This document shows positions 19,780 through 29,179 of a stretch of 64,000 nucleotides of DNA, in pieces. Location: NCBI GenBank assembly GCA_905199605.1, contig CAJKHC010000009.1:35936-99935 (forward strand), written 5' to 3'. This stretch comes from an uncultured Collinsella sp. GTDB taxonomy: Bacteria > Actinomycetota > Coriobacteriia > Coriobacteriales > Coriobacteriaceae. Each line of letters begins with the position of its first letter. The stretch's first letter is position 1. Under the pieces are notes generated by a model. That model was not told the DNA's origin and made no database searches. It saw only the letters and a list, made by a program, of their open reading frames with translations. The position numbers and the translations under genes were made by a program.

Positions 19780-20039
19780 AAGTTGAACCACCTTTTGTGT
19801 ATTGTCGTTTTCTGGAAGCGCAGCCATGCCAATAAAGAATCGCTCACGTCGATTTTTCGCCTTTGCCCGATTGCCGGCGTGAGCGTTTTGGCCTTGCGCA
19901 AGCCGGCAAATCCGAAAATGATAGTTGGCGGCGAATAAGGAGCGCGATGTGGGATGTCGGCGCAATACCTCGTCGTCGCAAGGGCTTGAAGGCTGACGCG
20001 CGAACCGATGGCTGCCGCCTCTTTTTTCGAATGCTTGGG

Positions 20040-21326
20040 CTATTGAATCTGCCCGGAATCTTTTTTCCCCACGTTTCGGACGCTTGGAGCGAGAAGCATC
20101 GCCAACGCAAGCAGTGTCATGGTCGCTCCAGAACCGACGGACCACAACGGAGCTCCGAGCAGGTGCGCAAAAACGGAGGGGGCTGCGAGGCCCATGGGCA
20201 TGGCCCACGCCATAATGGTTCCATAGAGACCAAAAACGCGGCCTAGGTACTCAGGAGGTATCTGCTCCTGCATAAGGGCAGTCTGGGTTCCCGCGTACAG
20301 CGGGGAGCATGCGCCCATAAGAAAGCTCGCCGGTAGGAAAGCGGCGAACAGCGACGGGCCGAGCAATCCGGATGCGATTGCGACGACGCCGAAGCCGGCG
20401 ATTGCGGCGACCATGGTGAGCGACCTATTGCGGAACCCTCCCGTGGCCGCCAAAATGCCGGACCCAGCCAGCATGCCTGCGGAGAAAAGGACCTCCACCA
20501 AAGCAGCATCCCCCGTGCTACCGCCAAAATGTCCCAAGGTCATTATTGGGAACAATGCCGCGAGTGGGGAGAACGCGAAAGCGAAGACGAACCCGCACCA
20601 AAGAATGGCGAACAGCCCCCTGTATCCCCTGATCAGCTTGTAGCCGTCCGAAATCTCAGAGAAAAGTTCTCGAACTTTATTGGAAAAGGACGAGCTGCGG
20701 TCGGCTTCGTCGAGTCCTCCTGCGTCTATCTGAGCGGCGAGGACAGCTAGAGAAGCGAAAAGCGCCCCCAGCACGTCGAGGGCAATCATGGCGGTAATGC
20801 CCGCCACAGGATAAATCACTGCCGCGAGCGCGGCGCCAAGAATGTATCCGGCGGACTGAATCGCTTGCATCACTCCCGATAGGCGAACGAGATGCTCTGG
20901 CGGGGCGAGATGGGGCGTGAGGGATTGGGAGGCCGGCGTGTAGAACGAAGTGCCAGCTGCGCGGAGAAACAGGGCGATGAGTATTGACCACGCAGGTAAG
21001 CTGCCGGCCAACGAGGCAATCGCCAAGGCGGCGCCCACCGCGGCAACGAAGAGGTCGGCGCCGATGAGAACACGTTTCAAAGGCAGTCTGTCGACAACGG
21101 CGCCCGCAAGGACTCCGAACAAAGCAATCGGCAGAAAGCCTGCTAACGATGCCAGGGAGAGGAGGGAAGATGATCCTGTCGTGAGGGCGATATGCCAAAT
21201 GAGACCCATTTGGAGAATCGAGCTCGTCAATGTCGACACGAGCTCCCCGCCCCATACGAAACAAATCTTAAATTGCCATGAATGGCACAGCGAAACAGAC
21301 CTGCGCCGAGAGGTTTCAAACATCAT
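20040..21326 (-). CDS. Mef-family macrolide efflux MFS transporter
   Basis: [49 protein letters not shown] match Mef-type MFS; exact start uncertain. Confidence 0.82.
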   Translation of the reverse strand: MMFETSRRRSVSLCHSWQFKICFVWGGELVSTLTSSILQMGLIWHIALTTGSSSLLSLASLAGFLPIALFGVLAGAVVDRLPLKRVLIGADLFVAAVGAALAIASLAGSLPAWSILIALFLRAAGTSFYTPASQSLTPHLAPPEHLVRLSGVMQAIQSAGYILGAALAAVIYPVAGITAMIALDVLGALFASLAVLAAQIDAGGLDEADRSSSFSNKVRELFSEISDGYKLIRGYRGLFAILWCGFVFAFAFSPLAALFPIMTLGHFGGSTGDAALVEVLFSAGMLAGSGILAATGGFRNRSLTMVAAIAGFGVVAIASGLLGPSLFAAFLPASFLMGACSPLYAGTQTALMQEQIPPEYLGRVFGLYGTIMAWAMPMGLAAPSVFAHLLGAPLWSVGSGATMTLLALAMLLAPSVRNVGKKDSGQIQ

Positions 21327-21386
21327 GGTTATGTCCAATCGTGGAATGGCGTGCAAAACAGCGCGACGCCATAACAGCGCCGCTTT

Positions 21387-21422
21387 TTAGGCGCTCATCC
21401 ACGTGCGGAAAAGACCAACCAC
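21387..21422 (-). CDS. Putative leader peptide MVGLFRTWMSA
   Basis: AAGGAGG RBS, GTG start, 11 codons, followed by alternative hairpins; lies between promoter and mef-like gene. Confidence 0.6.
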   Translation of the reverse strand: MVGLFRTWMSA

Positions 21423-21462
21423 GACACCCCTCCTTCGCTGACTCAGTTCGGCAAACCACGCA

Positions 21463-21492
21463 ATTTTAAGGAGGCTGAAGCTCGTTTGTCAA
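21463..21492 (-). promoter_or_regulatory. Sigma70-type promoter of the mef/msr-like operon
   Basis: TTGACA-18 nt-TAAAAT. Confidence 0.7.
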
Positions 21493-21589
21493 GGATTGCC
21501 TGTCGGCAAGGACAATCCTTTCTGGCCATTCGATCCCTTTTGTATCTTTGGTTGCGTAGGTGACCCGCCAGGGCTATTACGCGTGGAAG

Positions 21590-21680
21590 AGGCGCCTGCC
21601 GAGCTGGCCGATGAGGCGCTGAAGATGGCCCTGGTCAGGCGAAACGATCCCAAGGGATGCGTACATCATTCGGATAGTAA
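21590..21680 (+). pseudogene. IS3-family transposase (rve) fragment
   Basis: ELADEALKMALVRRNDPKGCVHHSD resembles the IS3 core segment ending in HSD. Confidence 0.6.
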
Positions 21681-21904
21681 GAATGTTGCCAGCAGGTTTT
21701 GCGGCAACCGCAAAGGAGCCGTATCCTGCAGCTGGAATCACGTTGCAGCATCCTGACCCGCATTCCGATTGGCGGACGGCCCGCTTCGGCATCCTGACCA
21801 GCACAGCGATCGAGCCTTGTCATTCCTTGGATATGCCGGTTGCTCGGGGCGGTCCCGACGGAGGCCCTCGCCTCCCCGGTCCGTGACCCAAGAAGGGCAA
21901 GCAT

Positions 21905-22038
21905 GCTGATCTGCATGGCTGGTTCCTCCTTTATGTAGACGACCATGCAAAGAAGGGACAACCGAGGAGGCAGGTTACTGATGCGGGCTCCCGCACGCCC
22001 ATGACTACCCGACGGGCTTTTTTTCATCTCCGATGCCC
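21905..22038 (-). ncRNA. Degenerate second yjdF riboswitch with a 4-codon yjdF stub
   Basis: Near copy of 16157-16293, with a small deletion in the AAAACACAG segment; similarity stops after MQIS. Confidence 0.75.
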
Positions 22039-22129
22039 GCATTGCAGCATGAACGAATGTGCCTCGACATCTCTGCTGGCATGGTACGACTGGGATCGCA
22101 CCTCGACGCATCCTTGCGCATACTGCCTT

Positions 22130-22328
22130 CCAGGTTTCGAAACCGGGAAGGAGAGTGTATGTGAGCGACGATATCGGCGCCGATTCGACGCTCGAGAGGG
22201 GGATTGCGCCGATTCTATCCATCGGGGATGCATTCCCGAAGATTCTCATCACTCGCACGAGGCATGAGCCCCATACCCGGGAGGGCGTGCTCGTGCTGAA
22301 TTTCGCGAGGTGGCTGCTTGGCGGGTAG
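22130..22328 (+). pseudogene. C-terminal fragment of an AAA/DUF4143 ATPase
   Basis: STLERGIAPILSIGDAFPKILITRTRHEP..EGVLVLNFARWLL typical C-terminus, with no N-terminal ATPase. Confidence 0.55.
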
Positions 22329-22459
22329 GGTTCTGAACGTCGCATTGGGATATCGCGCGACAGGGCACGCAGGGCTGTTTGTGCCCGCACGGGAAACGCC
22401 GTCGCCATGCGGGCGGCCTGTCGTGTCCGATTAGCCTTTTGCTAAACAGGCTTACGCCA

Positions 22460-22853
22460 ACTCATGGGCAAGCCACCTGAGACTATTCACCTTGCTTATC
22501 GTTGACAAAGACCTGTGGCCTGCGATTTTGTGAACGGCTCGTAAGCCACCCGCGTCGACTCACTTACTGTTGAAGCTGGTGGCTTGCAGGCTCAAAGGCG
22601 GTTGAGTTTCAAAACGGACGTTTTCGGCGATATCGAGCCTCCAAAGGCGGCTCTCCGTGCCCCTTGGGACAAAAATAAAAACTCAAAGCCCTGAGTTTGA
22701 AAAAAGTTTTTTGAGGTTGTCCCAACTTTTGTCCCCGAAGCCGACGAAACGCGACATCGCGTCATTCGGCGGCACGCGTTCCGTGTCGATGCCGAAAACT
22801 GGGTGTAACTGGAATGACGGGACGGCAGAACCGACGCCATCGAGTGGGAGTAG
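22460..22853 (+). repeat. About 390-bp element right end terminating in a guaA att-like core (copy B)
   Basis: Direct repeat of 17712-18104; a further partial copy of its 5' part is at about 24184-24262. Confidence 0.8.
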
Positions 22854-23279
22854 CCGAGGGTCTAAAACGGCACGTCACAAAAGGTAGTGAATAGCAATGA
22901 AGCCCCAGGTAGAATTGGCTATCTGGGGCTTCTTCATGTAACGCCGCGATGCGCTCCATAACGCTCTATTTGGGGAATTTAGTTCAGGCAATGAAGACGG
23001 GCGCATGAACGCAGAAAGGACGGCACGAGGCCCACTTGAATCCACGGCACTCATCCGCATTATCGTTGCCCCAATGTCCTCTGCATCAAGCGAGGTCGGC
23101 GGTTAAGTAACGGCTCGGCGAGTGTTATTTTGAGAGCTACACGCATCTAAGGCGAGTTTTCGTGGTAAAAACTACTTGCCGGAAGCCGCGGCTTTCAGAG
23201 TACGGCTTACGTGCACGTTTAACCTCCGTGGGCGACGGGGTGCCGCAAGGCGTAGAGTATCGCTCACCTGTAGGGGCAG

Positions 23280-23459
23280 CGCCGCTTCAGGACCGAGGGC
23301 TCGGCCTACTACGAGACGCTCCAGCACATCATCGACGGCAACACCAAGCGCATTGTCTCCGAGTGCCAGGCATACCTCGATCGCTACGAGCGCGAGGGAA
23401 GGCCTCGCTTTGCCGTCGACATCGACCGTATCGTGGGGCTGCTGGAGGGCGAGAAGTAG
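23280..23459 (+). pseudogene. 3' fragment of a hypothetical protein
   Basis: High-GC3 coding-like frame RRFRTEGSAYYETLQHIIDGNTKRIVSECQAYLDRY...LEGEK* with no start codon. Confidence 0.4.
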
Positions 23460-23629
23460 GGCACCTCGGCTCAGTCTCGAGCCATGCGGAGTCGCTCCGC
23501 ATTTTTGAACGCCGCGCGCCCCAAATACCCGAGAAACAGGCCATGAGGTGCGGCGGCGCACTCGTGCCTGCGCGCAGCCATCTCCATCAGCGTCTACGGT
23601 GCGCTACAACATCGCGGGCAAACCGCCTG

Positions 23630-23934
23630 ACAAGCCGAGCATTCTGATCGTTCCGTCTATGAGCTACGTTGCCGTGCGGGGCAAGGGCGATCCCAATGCC
23701 GAAGGCGGCGCGTAGCAGAGCGCGTTGCCGCTGCTCTACGGCGTTGCCTATGCCATCAAGAGGTCGAAGAAGGGCCTGCGGGAAATCGAAGGCTATTTCG
23801 ACTTCGTCGTGCCGCCGCTCGAGGGCTTCTGGTGGCAAGACCGCGCCGATGGCGAGATCGATTACACGAGGAAAGACGACTTCAACTTTATCTCGTGCAT
23901 CCGCCTGCCCGATTTCGTCACTTGCGATAGTTAG
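23630..23934 (+). pseudogene. GyrI-like small-molecule-binding domain protein, disrupted
   Basis: YVAVRGKGDPN, LYGVAYAIK, VVPPLEGFWWQ, IRLPDFVT; in-frame TAG at 23713-23715 and truncated. Confidence 0.75.
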
Positions 23935-24279
23935 TGGTCGGGGACGTTCTTTAACGACTAGTCATTTAAGAACGATCCCAATGACTATGCTGCTTGCCTT
24001 CGTTATCTGACGACCTGGACGGCAAGTGCGCTCAACTGGATAAGAAAAAGCCGGGGAAAACGTCCCTGGCACTTGGAAGCCTTGCTTGCGGAAAACCAAT
24101 TATTTTTAAATCATGGGCTGTGCGAAAAGGCTAGTACATGAAACGATCGCTCCAATGGCGAAGCCCCAGCCTGCGCGCCAGCCCATAGGCAAGCCACCTG
24201 AGACCACTCACTTTGCTCACCGCTGACGAAGACTTGCGACCTGGGGTTTGCGAGCTGCTCGCAGAACCCATGTTGCATA

Positions 24280-24834
24280 TCAAGCTTTAGACTGACTCAG
24301 CCAATCACTTCTCGTCAGGCAAGTGATCTGTTCTGTACGGATGTCGCCCATCAGCTCGCAGCAGACGTCCTTGCGGGTGTGGTGCCAAACAAAGCCGCAT
24401 TTTTCCTGAACGCGTTTCGATTTCTCGTTCCCGTCGAAATACCCGCACCAGATTTTGTCCAGTTTCAAGTCCTCGAAACCATGGCGGACGAGCTCTCGAA
24501 CCGCCTCCGGTATCAGCCCCTTGCCCCAGAACGGGACACCGATCCAGTAGCCTATTTCTCCCTCAGTGTCCGGAATCTCCTTGTCGGACCGCGCGCCAAT
24601 CATCAACCCTATGCTTCCGATGGCCCTGTTGTCTTCCTTCAGGCAAACGGCGTACGTCTCCGGCGCGGAAAACACGGTGCGGATGATTTCGGCGCTGTCG
24701 TCAACGCTCGAGTGAGGCGGCCAGCCGGCAATCGGCCCCACCCTGTCGTCCTTCGCGTATCTGTACAGGTCCTCTGCGTCCGTTTCGGCCCACGGGCGCA
24801 GTATCAGCCGCTCGGTTGCCAGTTGCATATCCAT
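24280..24834 (-). CDS. GNAT N-acetyltransferase (RimJ/RimL type)
   Basis: TERLILRPW, EIGYWIGVPFWGKG, NEKSKRVQEKCGF. Confidence 0.9.
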   Translation of the reverse strand: MDMQLATERLILRPWAETDAEDLYRYAKDDRVGPIAGWPPHSSVDDSAEIIRTVFSAPETYAVCLKEDNRAIGSIGLMIGARSDKEIPDTEGEIGYWIGVPFWGKGLIPEAVRELVRHGFEDLKLDKIWCGYFDGNEKSKRVQEKCGFVWHHTRKDVCCELMGDIRTEQITCLTRSDWLSQSKA

Positions 24835-25070
24835 CTCCATCGACCACTTTCGATTGATGCTCAGTGCCCATTGTATTCGCTACGTTTAAACTCGGCACAG
24901 GGGATACTGGTTTTCCGTGCGAAAACGCTCATGCCGCCAAATTGAGCGACCGCCTGTACTGCAGCGGGATCATCCGCCCGAGCGATCCCTTAATCCGTCG
25001 CCCGTTGCGCCAATCGGCAGAAGCCACGCGTGGACGCTAATCGCTCGAGCGAATCGTCGTCGGTTTCCGT

Positions 25071-25979
25071 TTAACGATTTCTTTTTCCGCTATTATCTGA
25101 CCCTCGGACTTCCTCGTGATAGAAGTAGTCCACGATCACCGGATGCCCCTGGGGGACTCTGCCACAAGGCATTTCGTTGTCCACAAAGGGGCAATCGTAC
25201 TTCTTGGCCATTTCCTCGGCTTTTACTTCAAGCGCTTCAAAATAGCTACGGTTGCGCTTGTTATAGATCTCATCGTAAAGCGGTACGAGATTGGGATGTT
25301 TCTCGGCGATATAATCCAGGATCGCTTTTTTGAAACCACCCCGAAGATTGAGATTTTCGAGCCAAAACAAATCGCACCGATCCTTTACTCGCTCAAAAAT
25401 CATCTCAAAATCCGTGATGCCGGGAAATACCGGGGACACGAAGCAGACCGTACGGATACCTTCGTCATACACCTGCTTCATAGCAGCGATACGACGCTCG
25501 ATGCTCGACGCGGAGTCCATATCGTTCTTGAAGTTCTCATCCAGCGTGTTGATCGACCATGAAACGGTCACTCGTCCAAGCCTCTTCAGCAGATCGATAT
25601 CCCGTACCACAAGATTGGACTTTGTGCAGATCAGAATATCTGCATCGCTGCCAATCAGCTGCTCCAGGAGTTTCCTGGTATTCCCGAATCGCTCCTCCTG
25701 TGGATTGTAGCCATCCGTCACAGAACCGATAACCACCCGCTGTCCAGCGTATTTCTTCGGATTCTTGATTTCCGGCCAATGCTTCACATCAAGAAAGGTG
25801 CCCCATTCCTCCTTGTGTCCGGTAAAGCGCTTCATAAAGGAGGCATAGCAATACTTACAGGCATGCGTGCAGCCTACATAGGGATTGACCGAGTAGCCGC
25901 CTACCGGCAGGCTGGACTTGGTCATGATGTTCTTTGCTTCCACCTCATTGATGAGGATTCCATCGATCACTTCCGCCAT
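25071..25979 (-). CDS. Radical SAM mobile pair protein B (SPL-like)
   Basis: NPYVGCTHACKYCYA, IGSVTDGY, ICTKS; GGAGG RBS before MAEVIDG. Confidence 0.85.
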   Translation of the reverse strand: MAEVIDGILINEVEAKNIMTKSSLPVGGYSVNPYVGCTHACKYCYASFMKRFTGHKEEWGTFLDVKHWPEIKNPKKYAGQRVVIGSVTDGYNPQEERFGNTRKLLEQLIGSDADILICTKSNLVVRDIDLLKRLGRVTVSWSINTLDENFKNDMDSASSIERRIAAMKQVYDEGIRTVCFVSPVFPGITDFEMIFERVKDRCDLFWLENLNLRGGFKKAILDYIAEKHPNLVPLYDEIYNKRNRSYFEALEVKAEEMAKKYDCPFVDNEMPCGRVPQGHPVIVDYFYHEEVRGSDNSGKRNR

Positions 25980-26656
25980 GTTCTCTGCACCTCCAGCACT
26001 CTTTCGAATTCTTCCGGCAATTCCTGAATCATGTTTTCGTCCCCTATGACAGAGACGAGGTCTTCCTTCATAAACATTGGAATGCCAAGCGCGTGCGCCT
26101 GGTCCGTCAAAGACCATGCCCACTCCGGTTCCGTATGAACCTTCCTGCTCTGCGCCCCGGTCATGGTACCGACGACGATCCAGTTGATTCCGGAAAGGTC
26201 GACCGTACCGGGATCGTCGAATAGCGGCTCAAAAGTAACGAAGAAGTGATTTGCTTTGACGTTTTTCCGAAGGGCGTCGATACGCCACAGCTCCGCTTTC
26301 CTCGTCACCGTAACGCCGAACCATGCGTTTTCCAGGTCGGTATCTAAATCCAGCAAATCGGGTCTCTTGGTCAGGAACAGGAACTGATGCTGTGGATTCT
26401 CATGGATCTTTGCAAATACCTCGTCTCGCCATTCCAGCTTCCACCCGGAGAGATCGCTCATGCCGGTAAGGAGAAAGTTCTGCGGGCGTTTCTTTTCCAT
26501 CATCTTGAGCTTGCTCGGGAAGAACGCGGGATCAGCGAAGTCGTCAATCATATGCCAACGTTTCACATTGTTACGGGCATAGCAATATGGACACCCCACC
26601 GTGCAGCCGATGACGATATTCATATTCTGAATCTGATTTTTGATGCAGATGCTCAT
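25967..26656 (-). CDS. Radical SAM mobile pair protein A (Gp37/Gp68-DUF5131-like)
   Basis: GCTVGCPYCYA, GMSDL, FLTKRP, TFEPL, WIVVG. Confidence 0.85.
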   Translation of the reverse strand: MSICIKNQIQNMNIVIGCTVGCPYCYARNNVKRWHMIDDFADPAFFPSKLKMMEKKRPQNFLLTGMSDLSGWKLEWRDEVFAKIHENPQHQFLFLTKRPDLLDLDTDLENAWFGVTVTRKAELWRIDALRKNVKANHFFVTFEPLFDDPGTVDLSGINWIVVGTMTGAQSRKVHTEPEWAWSLTDQAHALGIPMFMKEDLVSVIGDENMIQELPEEFERVLEVQRTWRK

Positions 26657-26853
26657 AGCGCCTGCCTACCTGCCTCTCCCGTAAACACGCAATCAGCCTT
26701 CCCCACCTTGCGGGCAAAAGCCTCGATATCTTGCTTGCAAGCAGCAGGCTCGCAATCGCTCAAATCGTATGACGTGCCGCCGTTTCGATAGACGGCCCGA
26801 TGGGAAAACGATCGGCTGACAAGCCCGATGCCGAGCTTCTCGCACAGGGTCAT
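26653..26853 (-). pseudogene. Truncated N-terminus of a Sir2-like protein
   Basis: Aligns with the first about 58 aa of the 29180-30145 protein, then ends with an ATGA overlap on radical SAM protein A. Confidence 0.75.
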
Positions 26854-26996
26854 CCGTGCTCCCTTTCAGCTATAAAAAACAGGTGTCTATAAACAGTATC
26901 CTTGTTGATTTTCGCAGGGGCAATGAACAAACGCGTGCACCTGTCGATAAACGAACAGCTACTGGACATTGTCAAACGACTCAGATTGGAGAGGCG

Positions 26997-27558
26997 ATGG
27001 GAGAAACCAAGATCGACCGCCGGCGGCGCTACACCCTCTCAGTCATACAGGAGGCGTTCTTCGCGCTGCTGGCCGAGGTCGGCTTCGCGAAGATGACGGT
27101 GGCAGACATCTGCCGCCGCGCCGAGATCAACCGGGGAACGTTCTATCTGCATTACGAGGATAAGTACGCGCTGCTCGATGCGCTTATCGACGAGGCATTG
27201 GCAGCGGCTCCCCCGCTTGAGGGGGGTTGAATCGGCAACGCTTTGCCAGCGTCCGCCGGCAGACGACGATTATCGCCTGCTTTATTCGGACAGCGACTCA
27301 TACGCTCGCGTAGCCCAGCGCGTCATAGAACGCGGAGCGGAGCAGATGGTTCCCTGGGTCATGGAGAAAACAGGGCTTTCACGCGAAGACGCCTTCCTGC
27401 TCTTCATCCACAACGTCCAGGGCAATCTGGCCGTCAACCGCCTGCTCGGCTGGAGACGAGGCCCCGAGTTCACCCATGCCCAGGAGCTGCTCAACGCCTA
27501 TTCCGAAGGGGGCTTACTGGCGGTATCCGCTCTTCGCGATTCCGATAACCCATCGTGA
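26997..27558 (+). pseudogene. TetR-family regulator, frameshifted paralogue
   Basis: Near copy of 30289-30849; an extra G in the G6 run at 27221-27226 gives a premature TGA. Confidence 0.8.
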
Positions 27559-27641
27559 CCTGCGATTCAGGAATACCAGCCTCCGAGCCCTCTCGTTCGG
27601 AGGCTGCGGCTAAAACCTCATTGCGCGTCTACCGCTCCGCG

Positions 27642-28490
27642 TTACTCGCCACCTGCCCGCGCCACCGAGAGCAGGGCGCCCAAATCGGCCTGGATCGCCC
27701 CTGCCTTGCTTCCAAGCTGCAACGGAGCCGAGCCGCCCGAGATGTTTACGCTCAAAAGGTGCGCATCCGGCAGCTTCGCGGTCATGCTCCAGAACGGGAG
27801 CGTGATGATGCCGGGGGTCATCTCGCCCACGCCGAGCTCCAACAACAGCACGCGGCGATCGCTGCGCTCGCACACAAAGCGCTCGTATCGTCCGAGGCTC
27901 TCGCGCCAGGCCGCACCCTGCAGAAACGTGTCGTCGCGCACCCACGGCACAAGCTGCCAGCCGCAGTGCGGGCATCGGGGGACATCCTCGCTGAGGACCT
28001 CGAACCCCGCCATGCCCGCGAGCATGCGCTCGACGTAGGGGCTCGCGTCGAAGAGCTCGTCGCAGCATGGCTGCTTGCATTGAAGGTGCGCGAAGCTTCC
28101 CTGATAGTTGCAGATCCTCTCGGTGGGAAACGTCTTCTCGACTTGGGTGTCCACATTGGTGCTCAGGATGAAGTAGTCCTTATGGCCGATGAGGGACCGT
28201 AGGTCGAGATAGGGCTGCGAGGCCAGCTCGCGCAGCATGAAGTCGATGTATCGCGCATAGTATGCCCATCGCTGCTCGAGGCTGGGGTAGAGGTGGTAGA
28301 AGCCGTCGAAAAGGCTCTTGAAGCCAAAGGCTTGCTGCCAGTCCGTCATTCCGGCGCGCGCCATGCCTGCGCGGTTGTAATGGTTGAACCCGGCGGCGCT
28401 TGACATGCCCGAGCCGATGCCGACGATGATGGCGTCGGCATCGTCGATAAGGCTTCGAAGCCTATACGCTTCCCTCTCTAGAGACGGCAT
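27642..28490 (-). CDS. Class M-like sirtuin (Sir2 family)
   Basis: GIGSGMS, STNVD, YQGS..LQCKQPCC, CPHCG, LELGVG..TP.II..PFW. Confidence 0.88.
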   Translation of the reverse strand: MPSLEREAYRLRSLIDDADAIIVGIGSGMSSAAGFNHYNRAGMARAGMTDWQQAFGFKSLFDGFYHLYPSLEQRWAYYARYIDFMLRELASQPYLDLRSLIGHKDYFILSTNVDTQVEKTFPTERICNYQGSFAHLQCKQPCCDELFDASPYVERMLAGMAGFEVLSEDVPRCPHCGWQLVPWVRDDTFLQGAAWRESLGRYERFVCERSDRRVLLLELGVGEMTPGIITLPFWSMTAKLPDAHLLSVNISGGSAPLQLGSKAGAIQADLGALLSVARAGGE

Positions 28491-29176
28491 TGGGCAATCT
28501 CCTCGAAAGCCGGGGCCATATCGCCGTCAACGAGAATCGTCTCGCACGATGCATCGGGCGCCATAGCCTGGCTGTAGTTGAACACGATGTAGGTGGCGTG
28601 CTCGCAGACGTTCGCGATCTGGGCGAGCATGTGCTTTATGATGCCGTTGCGCAGTCCCACGCCAAGTTCGAGGATGGCGACCCTGCCGTTGCGATGGGCT
28701 TGCACAAGGCGCTCGAGCTCCTCGAGCTGGGTCATGGCGAGGGCGTCTGGATGGGCGAGGCGCCGCTCGTCAACCGACGTGCGCGTGCTCCCCTCAGTCT
28801 CGAGCACGCGCTCCTCGTCGAACCCGGCGCGCGCGAAGTGCCCGTCGATGTTGCATGTGACCACGAAGGTGTCGGCGTGCTCCGTAAGACGCCGCAGCCC
28901 GTTCATGAGCGAGCCGGGCTCATATTCGAGATACTCCTTTTGATGGAACCGCTCGGCCCATCGGCGTCGCACGCTGGCATCCGGGGAAGCGAGCCCCTGC
29001 AGTATGCAGCCGATGCCGTCTGCCTGAGCGAGGTCGCCGTACGCCTCTTGGAAATGAGCATCGGCGCAGAAAAGGTTGAGCCCCTCCGCCATGTCGAGTC
29101 CGTTGCTAGCGCCGATGATGACAAGATCCGCTTCGGCTAGCGCCCTGCCTATGCGAACTGCTTTCGCCGTCTCCAT
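28478..29176 (-). CDS. Divergent Sir2-like protein lacking the zinc-binding segment
   Basis: GASNGLD, TCNIDGHF, ETEGS, LELGVG; no CxxC...CxxC. Confidence 0.75.
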   Translation of the reverse strand: METAKAVRIGRALAEADLVIIGASNGLDMAEGLNLFCADAHFQEAYGDLAQADGIGCILQGLASPDASVRRRWAERFHQKEYLEYEPGSLMNGLRRLTEHADTFVVTCNIDGHFARAGFDEERVLETEGSTRTSVDERRLAHPDALAMTQLEELERLVQAHRNGRVAILELGVGLRNGIIKHMLAQIANVCEHATYIVFNYSQAMAPDASCETILVDGDMAPAFEEIAQCRL

Positions 29177-29179
29177 GCG

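Noticed and set aside
19780..20208. 143-aa N-terminal extension of the Msr-like ORF (631 aa call)
   Set aside because: Similarity to Msr proteins and an RBS begin at 19779; the extension overlaps the MFS gene
23280..23459. Type III toxin remnant
   Set aside because: Fragment too short to assign and no adjacent repeat array visible
23713..23715. Recoded TAG (pyrrolysine) in the GyrI-like gene
   Set aside because: Gene is also truncated at both ends; simple decay explains it
27228..27230. Selenocysteine TGA in the TetR copy
   Set aside because: Homology continues in another frame, so it is a frameshift
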